Part shown: piece after piece, positions 9,175-16,723 of the stretch
Numbering within the stretch: the stretch's first letter is position 1
How the letters are laid out: each line of letters starts with the position of its first letter
Assembly (NCBI GenBank): GCA_049965555.1
Contig: JBMFWF010000008.1
Coordinates: forward strand, 1 to 37,361
From: Candidatus Parvarchaeum sp.
GTDB lineage: Archaea > Nanobdellota > Nanobdellia > Parvarchaeales > Parvarchaeaceae
Direction: 5' to 3'
Length of the DNA stretch: 37,361 bases
Position numbers and translations under genes: made by a program
The notes under the pieces: model-generated
Seen by the model: only the letters and a program-made list of their open reading frames with translations
The model's database searches: none
Told to the model about the DNA's origin: nothing

Positions 9175-10107
9175 TTATATGCAGGAAATTTGGTTGCCTG
9201 TAAAAGCAACATAATAATTATAATTGGTATCTATTGCTATTGTATTCTGGGAGCTTGCATTGTCATTTGTAACTGTTATCTCAATAGGTAAACCTGAACC
9301 TGCGGATATCAACTGAAGATTCACATTATGAAGAGTTAAAGAAAGTGTTTTGCCTGAAACTGAAAATGGATAATTTTGACCATTGTAATAAACAAATGCA
9401 CTTGCAATCCCTCCTGTTGAGTTATCAATGTACAAGCTTATCGTTTTAATGTAGTCATTCGGATTATTATTAGAAATAGCGGTATAAGGGGCACCGGATT
9501 TATAGTTTCCGGAATTGTAATCAGGGGACACATCCAAAGTGATGGTTGTAGACAATGAACCAGAAGGAATCTGAGTCTCGACTGATGCTGGTAGGGCAGA
9601 TAAAGTGATAAAACCAGAATTTGAATTAGAGTATATGGATTGAGGTATCAAACCTGATTTTGTTCCGTAAGGATAAGTAATTACTGAAGTTGTTAAGTTC
9701 TGCCAAAAATTTTGTACTTCAAATGCAAAATAGGGTATAACTGAGCCGCTTGAACTTGTGCATGAAGAATTAAAAAGTATTGTTGAAGGGGTTTTCATAT
9801 TAGCTGGGACCGAAACAGATCTAGAGGCTGGCACGATTGAAACTGGAGGAGCAGTAAGAACCTGGAGAGTTGCAGTTAAAGACTGATTAAATGGATTAAA
9901 TAAAGTTACATAAAGAGGAGAGGACTTGCCAGAATAAAGCTGTGAAACATTGGAATATGCAGATATACTGAAGGTGCTCGGAGTGCTCGTACTTGGTTTG
10001 CCTAACTTCAAAGCACCGCTATTAAAGCTATACAATGCAATTATTAGTATTATAACAATAACCAACACTCCTGCAATTGCAGCTCCGCTTGCGCCTAATC
10101 TATTCAT
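9175..10107 (-). CDS. Class III-like signal peptide pilin-like protein (paralog 3)
   Basis: MNRLG|ASGAAIAG plus a hydrophobic helix and a C-terminal YNY strand. Confidence 0.65.
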   Translation of the reverse strand: MNRLGASGAAIAGVLVIVIILIIALYSFNSGALKLGKPSTSTPSTFSISAYSNVSQLYSGKSSPLYVTLFNPFNQSLTATLQVLTAPPVSIVPASRSVSVPANMKTPSTILFNSSCTSSSGSVIPYFAFEVQNFWQNLTTSVITYPYGTKSGLIPQSIYSNSNSGFITLSALPASVETQIPSGSLSTTITLDVSPDYNSGNYKSGAPYTAISNNNPNDYIKTISLYIDNSTGGIASAFVYYNGQNYPFSVSGKTLSLTLHNVNLQLISAGSGLPIEITVTNDNASSQNTIAIDTNYNYYVAFTGNQISCI

Positions 10108-10140
10108 AAAATAATAATAGTAAATTAACTATAAAAGCGT

Positions 10141-11133
10141 TTAACTTGAATAAGGTTCTATATAAAGTCCTATTGGGAAATAGCCCTCTTCTTCGTAAGA
10201 ATATGAAACACTAAAATGCATATTAGCTTGAATATAGGGTATGCTTGATCCAGAAAGCTTATTGTACTCACTTGTACTCAATGATATGGGCAGCTCTATA
10301 GAAGCACCGGTTGGGCCTATAGTAATCGCTTTTGAAAATAGGGCAGTTCCATTTGAAAATTGCCTGACTATAAAGCCAAGAGCATTGGCATCCGTTATAT
10401 TTATTATAGAACTGTTTAATATTATGTTTATTTGAGTATTCCCTATTGGAACACCGGAACCGACATTATTAAGCGACAGACCCAATTCTATGTCCTGGCC
10501 GTAAACTACTGGCTGTGATGAAGAAGAGGAGAAATAGATGGGGCCTGCTGTAACACCAGATGGCTGTGTCACCGGGGCGGGATAATTACCATTATTACTT
10601 GCGGTCTGAGAAACAAATTCAAGCTGCTGCGAAGCCGTTGAAATGTATGAAAAATTAAGATAATAACCTATGTTCTGTGAGTATTGTATGTTTCCATAGG
10701 CACTTGCAGGTGGAGCCAAAAAGGTAAATCCTTCTGACAAGATATCTCCGGTTGCAAGTGAAGGAATACTTACACACCTTCCACTAGTTATTGCATTACC
10801 ATTTGGATTTGGAGAAGAAGTTTCCGGGCTTGAAAGAATTTTAAAAAGACCTAAGTTATCAAGACAGAAATAAAGATTAGAAGCCGCTTTTCCATTTAAA
10901 TTATTTGCTACTAAGAAAGTCGCACCGAATGTTGAGGATGGAGAAACTTTTATAGGAGCATTAACTGAGATAACTCCAACTGCAACAGTATGATTTAATG
11001 AAGTTGCGGTTGGAACCGGGGAAAAACCCAAGCTGTGAAGAAGGTAAGGGCCGTACAAGAACAATATTACTATAATTACCAGTACAATTACGCCTCCCGC
11101 AATCCCACTTCCATTCGATCCTTTTTTATTCAT
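10141..11133 (-). CDS. Class III-like signal peptide pilin-like protein (paralog 2)
   Basis: MNKKG|SNGSGIAGG plus a hydrophobic helix, an AGPIYF motif and a C-terminal YSY strand. Confidence 0.7.
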   Translation of the reverse strand: MNKKGSNGSGIAGGVIVLVIIVILFLYGPYLLHSLGFSPVPTATSLNHTVAVGVISVNAPIKVSPSSTFGATFLVANNLNGKAASNLYFCLDNLGLFKILSSPETSSPNPNGNAITSGRCVSIPSLATGDILSEGFTFLAPPASAYGNIQYSQNIGYYLNFSYISTASQQLEFVSQTASNNGNYPAPVTQPSGVTAGPIYFSSSSSQPVVYGQDIELGLSLNNVGSGVPIGNTQINIILNSSIINITDANALGFIVRQFSNGTALFSKAITIGPTGASIELPISLSTSEYNKLSGSSIPYIQANMHFSVSYSYEEEGYFPIGLYIEPYSS

Positions 11134-11137
11134 AATA

Positions 11138-12610
11138 TTAGCTACATACCTGATTTGATATTACAACAGGCATATTCAAAGTTTCATTATAGTTGTAATT
11201 TACATAACCTATTACGGTCATAGTATTGAAATGCATACCATTTAAAGAGCTCACCGGGTTCAAATCAAGATAGAATGTTGAACCTGAACTTAGTACCTTG
11301 CTGTTGCTTATGTAACAATCCCAATAATTTGACCCTGGAAATTGAAAGCCTTGCCTTTGAGTAGGGCTCGCAGTCACACAGCTCCAGTAGCTTGTGGATG
11401 GGTTAGAAGGATAGAAGTTTTTACTTATGTACAAAGAAACGTTATTTACTTGATATGGGTAATTGCCATTGTTCTTTAAACTTACCTCTAAAGGAACTGA
11501 ATCTATCTTTGTTATTACCGGCTGCTTTACTACAGTGTATACTTCAATCTGCACAGGTCCTGCAGAGTAAAAATTAAATGAAGGTTCTGCTGGCACAAGT
11601 GCCTGTGAAGACGATACAAGCTGTGACTGGAAAGAATCCGACATAAATTCTATTGGAAGTATAACCGCGGCAGTATAATTCTTAACCAGAAAACTTGCAA
11701 GAAAAGACATAGTCAAGGGAAAAGTGAGCTTGTCTGAAGAAGGAGGACATGACAATTCAAAATTAGTTATATTCTCTTTCGTTTCGCCTGGAGCCAGTAT
11801 GCCAACCAAACTCGAGTCCTTTATTGCTGGTGGTGAACTTTGTGTTTCCGCTGGGTTTATAAATTTGGATAGCATGTCTTTACAGTATGTAGCTGCGCCG
11901 GGTGAAACTGTGCTTCCACATGAGATGTTTACTTCCAAGTTATTCGGAGTATCGGGCCCTAAAGGAACATTGCCATTGTTATCTACGGAGTAAAGAATCG
12001 TACCCTGCTGCGGGTTCGTTGTAAGAACTACCTGCTGATTAGAAGGATAACTGAAAGTAAGAAAAGATAAAAAGGTTGGAGTTGAATTTACTGCAGTAAC
12101 CTGGGGCTGCGTAACTAGAAGGTTTGGATTCTGCACTTCTGCAATAAAAGTTGAAATCGATGAAATGCCTGATGAAATCAACCCGCCCACCTTCGAAAAA
12201 ATCGAGCCATATGTAACCTCCGTGTAGACTATACCGACGTTTGTTGGTGCAACAAATATGAAATATATTACAATTATAACTAACAATATAATAAATGGAG
12301 CAAGGAGGAGAGAGTGCTTTTTTAAACTCTTTTTTAATAAATCTTTATCCAATAATTGGGTCTTCGCCTTGTTTTCCTCTTCCAGCTTTATAAAATCGGT
12401 TGATACTCCATGTGCAGTTATCTGATGCTGATAGAGTTGCGGCTTTGTCTTAAAGCGCAGCCCACAGATATCGCACACATTCCTTCCTTTTTTACCATAA
12501 TTCGGATCAGAATTTGGTTTAATAGGGGTAGGTGGAGTTGGAGGCTTTGGATTTGGAGCCGGACTTCCTCCTGCAGCTGCTTGGCCCCTTCTGTTTATAT
12601 TAAGCATCAT
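11138..12610 (-). CDS. Single-pass membrane protein with an N-terminal C2H2 zinc finger and a pilin-like extracellular domain (paralog 1)
   Basis: RRG|Q start, Pro-rich linker, CDICGLRFKTKPQLYQHQITAH, a TM helix near residues 100-120, then AGPVQI and YNYN motifs shared with downstream genes. Confidence 0.8.
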   Translation of the reverse strand: MMLNINRRGQAAAGGSPAPNPKPPTPPTPIKPNSDPNYGKKGRNVCDICGLRFKTKPQLYQHQITAHGVSTDFIKLEEENKAKTQLLDKDLLKKSLKKHSLLLAPFIILLVIIVIYFIFVAPTNVGIVYTEVTYGSIFSKVGGLISSGISSISTFIAEVQNPNLLVTQPQVTAVNSTPTFLSFLTFSYPSNQQVVLTTNPQQGTILYSVDNNGNVPLGPDTPNNLEVNISCGSTVSPGAATYCKDMLSKFINPAETQSSPPAIKDSSLVGILAPGETKENITNFELSCPPSSDKLTFPLTMSFLASFLVKNYTAAVILPIEFMSDSFQSQLVSSSQALVPAEPSFNFYSAGPVQIEVYTVVKQPVITKIDSVPLEVSLKNNGNYPYQVNNVSLYISKNFYPSNPSTSYWSCVTASPTQRQGFQFPGSNYWDCYISNSKVLSSGSTFYLDLNPVSSLNGMHFNTMTVIGYVNYNYNETLNMPVVISNQVCS

Positions 12611-12644
12611 AATAAGAAATAAAGGACGTTGTTATATATAAATT

Positions 12645-13850
12645 TCAACCTTTAATAGATTTAAGAGAGATATAAGAAGGTATTACTAAACCATCGGTAG
12701 ATAGTTTTATGGTCCCGCTGTAATTTCCATTTGTTGCAGTAACTCCAACGAAATTTGAAGGGATAAGAAGCACATTTTCGCCATCCGAAAGAGTATTTGC
12801 AGCAATCGTTAAATTTGCGCCACTAGGCGTAAAGTAAAGGTAAATGTTGCCCTTTCTTATTATACTGGATATATACAATGTAAGAAGGTAATTGCCCTTT
12901 GTTGCATTAACAGAATAGTAAACTGTTGGAGAGTTTGCTGCTATATATGGTATAGTGTAGTTAAGATAAGCGTTTGCTATCTCGTATGAAACGTTTTCAG
13001 CAGGTTGAAAACCCACATTAAACAACAAAGGAAGGATTATTGAAGAGCTTGAAAGATTGGAAGCGCGGATTGCTTTTGATATTACAATAGAAGGTATATT
13101 AACCGTAATCTGTGAATTATTTCCGTTGTTTATACTTGAGATAACTTGGCCATTGACGGAAACATTTAAATTCCCGTAGCCTATTGGGGTGTAAACAATT
13201 GAATAGTCGCCAACGCCACTGAAAGTCAATACTTTTATTGGCAGGATATTTGCATCATTTTTGCCCTGCTCTTTAATAACCTCTATTTTTGCCAATTTGA
13301 AAGACTGCGATAAAGCAAAGCCATTTAAGCTGTCTGTTATTGATAAGATGTACTTTCCAGTTTGGCTTGCGGGTATCTCCCTTATTATCGTTTCATTTTT
13401 TACAGGCAATGTGGAAAAGAATGAATTGCCATTCAATGAAAGGCTAAGTTTTGGAGTACCGGAAACTGACTGAACAATTATCTCGATAAAGTAATCTGAT
13501 GATTGGGAAAGATTCAAGTCTATATTATAGGAGGAAGAGCCGAATATGCTTGAGCCTATAGATACACTGCTTGCATTGAATATAGTTGAATTAAAAAGCG
13601 GGTAATTAACGCCAAAAGTGCCTAAGGTGTATGAGGTATTGACAGATTTGCTGTTCCCTCCTATGTAGGTATCAAGATTCTGATAGTACTCTCCTGCAGG
13701 TATGGATGGCGTAGAAACGCTTGTGTTGTTTATTCCAAGAAGCTTATATGCCACAGGCGGCGGCACCAGAAGCAGGTATATTACTATCGAACCTATAAGT
13801 ATAAGCATCAACGCTACAACGGCGGGAATCCTTTCCCTTTCCACTGCCAT
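12645..13850 (-). CDS. Membrane-anchored beta-rich surface protein
   Basis: 401-aa ORF with an N-terminal TM helix ending in IYLLLVPPP, many N-glycosylation sequons and no Cys. It is the first gene of the minus-strand surface cluster. Confidence 0.75.
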   Translation of the reverse strand: MAVERERIPAVVALMLILIGSIVIYLLLVPPPVAYKLLGINNTSVSTPSIPAGEYYQNLDTYIGGNSKSVNTSYTLGTFGVNYPLFNSTIFNASSVSIGSSIFGSSSYNIDLNLSQSSDYFIEIIVQSVSGTPKLSLSLNGNSFFSTLPVKNETIIREIPASQTGKYILSITDSLNGFALSQSFKLAKIEVIKEQGKNDANILPIKVLTFSGVGDYSIVYTPIGYGNLNVSVNGQVISSINNGNNSQITVNIPSIVISKAIRASNLSSSSIILPLLFNVGFQPAENVSYEIANAYLNYTIPYIAANSPTVYYSVNATKGNYLLTLYISSIIRKGNIYLYFTPSGANLTIAANTLSDGENVLLIPSNFVGVTATNGNYSGTIKLSTDGLVIPSYISLKSIKG

Positions 13851-13912
13851 GAAATCTTTACTACGTTATAATATATAAATATTTCTAGTCTAGCAAAAGC
13901 GGCTTTTATTCA

Positions 13913-14188
13913 TTAAAAGGTGAAATATTCTCTTAAATTTGCAGGCACTTCAAAGAAACCTGCTTTAAGTCCGGCATCAATGTAAGCCCAGCTTATAACT
14001 ACTGCTTCAAACGCACGTATATAATCCTTCTTCTCAGCAAAAAACTTGCTATCGCTAAAATAATTTGAAGACATGTCAAAAAACTCTGAAGAAAGCTTGT
14101 TGTCATTATCCTTTAATGATAAAGAACGAAAAACTCTCTCCATCATCCTTATCTCCTTTTCTGTTCTATCCTTTAAATCGTCATCCAT
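13913..14188 (-). CDS. DUF357 family protein
   Basis: MSSNYFSDSKFF..KKDYIRAFEAVVISWAYIDAG matches the archaeal DUF357 pattern (Y..D...F...GD...A.......W.DAG). Confidence 0.8.
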   Translation of the reverse strand: MDDDLKDRTEKEIRMMERVFRSLSLKDNDNKLSSEFFDMSSNYFSDSKFFAEKKDYIRAFEAVVISWAYIDAGLKAGFFEVPANLREYFTF

Positions 14189-15179
14189 AAAAAGAAAGCA
14201 AATTGTCTTCTGTTTTTACCTTTTCCAGATATTGGTTTACCCTTTCAACTGAAAAACTATGCTCATCGCATAGAAATTTTATCAGCTTTTCTCTATTTAT
14301 CCTACCAGGGTTTAAATCCTGAGAAACCTCGATCACATTTGGAGAGATAAAGTATTCATATATTTCATTTATATCATAATCTGCCCGGAAATCATAAGTA
14401 TTGAAAAGATCTCCCTTACTTTTTTCTTTAACTAATTTAAGTGCTTTTTTCGGGCCGATACTATCAACTCCTTTATTGTAATCAGTGCCTACAAAAAGGG
14501 AAAGCACAATGAGCTGTTCTCTGCTTATTCCCAGTTTGTTTAAATTGTAACTTGCGTCTATTATTTCCGGTGAAACCCCTGCTGTTATGCCCTTTCCGCT
14601 TATCTTTCTCTTGTTTGTTATGTTAAGGTTTCTAACCACTTTCTTTGCACCGAAAAGCAAGGTGTCATAGTCCTGGGAAGCAGCAGCAAATACCTTCCCC
14701 TGCTGGCTCAGCACTGCAGCCTGGGCTTCTCCTTCTGCCGGTGCCTGGACATAAGGTATGCCAAGATAACCAAGAAGCTCCTTTGAGGAGTCTATTATAT
14801 AATCATCTATTCTTGCTATCCTACGCATATACATTGCTTTTTCCTCTGGCGTAGAGGCATATTCCATCTTTTCTAAGGCTTCTTCTTTTGTTTTCTCCCG
14901 CTCCTGTAGTGTTTCCTTCTTAAACTTTGGGGCTTTTCCGTCAAATACAAAAACAGGTTTTATCCTGTTTTCTAGAAGGGAAACTGAACGATAAAACAAG
15001 CCGTTTAAATGCGTTGTCACTCTTCCCTTTGAATCAGTAAGATATGAGCCATCTGCCAATCTTATAGTTGTTAGAAACTGGAATATCCAATTAAAGGCAT
15101 CTATTGCTATTGCCTTGCCGGAAAGCTCGGCAATCTTTATTTTTTTTGATTCAAATAAGCCATTTAACTTAACGCCCAT
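14181..15179 (-). CDS. fen1: Flap endonuclease 1
   Basis: MGV start, AIDAFN..FQFLTTIR, VFVFDG, APAEGEAQA, SQDYDTLLFGA and VGTDYN..GIGPKKA-like H3TH motifs. Confidence 0.97.
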   Translation of the reverse strand: MGVKLNGLFESKKIKIAELSGKAIAIDAFNWIFQFLTTIRLADGSYLTDSKGRVTTHLNGLFYRSVSLLENRIKPVFVFDGKAPKFKKETLQEREKTKEEALEKMEYASTPEEKAMYMRRIARIDDYIIDSSKELLGYLGIPYVQAPAEGEAQAAVLSQQGKVFAAASQDYDTLLFGAKKVVRNLNITNKRKISGKGITAGVSPEIIDASYNLNKLGISREQLIVLSLFVGTDYNKGVDSIGPKKALKLVKEKSKGDLFNTYDFRADYDINEIYEYFISPNVIEVSQDLNPGRINREKLIKFLCDEHSFSVERVNQYLEKVKTEDNLLSFYG

Positions 15180-15221
15180 TATTTTACTATAACCTGCAAT
15201 CTTTAATGCTTTTTTGCTTTG

Positions 15222-16112
15222 CTATAAAGTTGTTACTATAACTTTTCCGTCATCAAAAAGAAATGAATGCTCGAACTGAGACACTAAACCGTTGTCCCTC
15301 TCTTTCAATACATTAAATTCATGGAGTGAGCCGGCAGCAACCATATTTCTTATTTCTATCTCGGCTAACCTCCCAAATTTATTTATTATCCACCTTTTTG
15401 CAAAGGGCAGCTCATTGTATTCCTCTGCAATATACTTTAATATCTCCCTGCCAAGGGTGCTTCTTACATTTTTATTTGCAACCATCTGGTAAATCTGGAC
15501 CTCTGAGCTGTCTATGACATAACCGCCGCCATTTGTCGCAAAAGGTTCTACAGCAACAACTCCTTCCTTTCTTAAAAATGACCCAGAATAATTTTTTGAG
15601 TTGGAAATAAATTCTCCTTCATGCAGACTGTACCTTCCAATACCGTGTCCCCCTAGATTAACTATTGGAGAAAAACCGAAACTTCTTATCTTATCATCTA
15701 TTACACTGCTTATTTCACTTACAGCTATTCCGGGCTTTATTATCTTAATTACTGCATCCAATGCTTCCTTTGTGGCGCTGACAAGTTTGTTTCCATCTTC
15801 ACCCACTACAACAGAAGCTGCTGTATCAGAAAGATAGCCGTCGACGCTTGCTCCCACATCCACCTTGACTATATCTCCTTTTTTAAGCTCCGTTTTATCA
15901 TCATACTTCGGAGTGTAATGTGCTGCAATCTGGTTTACTGATATATTTGGAGGGAAGGAAGGCTTTGCTCCTCTCTCAACTGTCCTCTTTTCTATGGCTT
16001 CTGCAATGTCAAGAAGCTTTGCTCCAGGCACGCACAAAGAAATGCCTAGTTCCCTTATCTCCTTGCCTATCTTACCGGCTAACAGCCATTTTTCCCTTTC
16101 TTCGCTTTCCAT
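15222..16112 (-). CDS. map: Methionine aminopeptidase type II
   Basis: AAHYTP, KVDVG..VDGYLSDTA, NLGGHG, AVEPFAT and SQFEH metal-ligand motifs plus the type II helical insert. Confidence 0.96.
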   Translation of the reverse strand: MESEEREKWLLAGKIGKEIRELGISLCVPGAKLLDIAEAIEKRTVERGAKPSFPPNISVNQIAAHYTPKYDDKTELKKGDIVKVDVGASVDGYLSDTAASVVVGEDGNKLVSATKEALDAVIKIIKPGIAVSEISSVIDDKIRSFGFSPIVNLGGHGIGRYSLHEGEFISNSKNYSGSFLRKEGVVAVEPFATNGGGYVIDSSEVQIYQMVANKNVRSTLGREILKYIAEEYNELPFAKRWIINKFGRLAEIEIRNMVAAGSLHEFNVLKERDNGLVSQFEHSFLFDDGKVIVTTL

Positions 16113-16118
16113 TAATGT

Positions 16119-16670
16119 CTAATCCAATATCGCTTCTTCGTCTATGAAACTTCTTATCTTATCCAAGAAATTTTTGCTTATTCCGTTGTTTTCTATCACT
16201 ATAAAAACAAGCTTGCTCTTTCTTTCTCTTGCTATCGATGAAGTGAAATGTATGAACCTTAGTATTTCGCTCTCTGAATTGTATATAAGAAATGATGTTA
16301 TGGAATCTATAACTACGAAAGTTTCCCTTTCTTTCTTAAGCAACCCTTCCAAATTTATGCTTATCTCAGTTAGATCTCCAGGCGATTTTATGAATATGCA
16401 CTTGCTATCAGGAATGCTGTCCGGTATCATAGGAGCTGTTACGGAGTCTATAATAAAGTAATCATTTACCTTTGCCAACTCAAGCTTTTCTTCTATGGAC
16501 TTGAATGGAAGGCCAGAGGTAACATAAATAAGCTTAAAGCCCTTGTTTTTTATTCTTGAGAGAAGTTCTATCGCTGCCTCGTCTAGTTTGTACCTTTCCT
16601 TTACAAAAAGCATGCCTACTCCATCATCTGTCATCTTCTCTATAAAATCATTATTAAACTTGTTTTCCAT
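16119..16670 (-). CDS. Inactive RecA/KaiC-fold protein (DUF835-like)
   Basis: Has IYVT, FIIDS and the Walker-B-like VVIDSITSFLIYN followed by LRFIH, but no GxxxxGK[ST] Walker A motif. Confidence 0.6.
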   Translation of the reverse strand: MENKFNNDFIEKMTDDGVGMLFVKERYKLDEAAIELLSRIKNKGFKLIYVTSGLPFKSIEEKLELAKVNDYFIIDSVTAPMIPDSIPDSKCIFIKSPGDLTEISINLEGLLKKERETFVVIDSITSFLIYNSESEILRFIHFTSSIARERKSKLVFIVIENNGISKNFLDKIRSFIDEEAILD

Positions 16671-16723
16671 TCAAATCACTGTAGATATAAAATAAAAAAT
16701 CATAATATTAATAGTATTATTCT

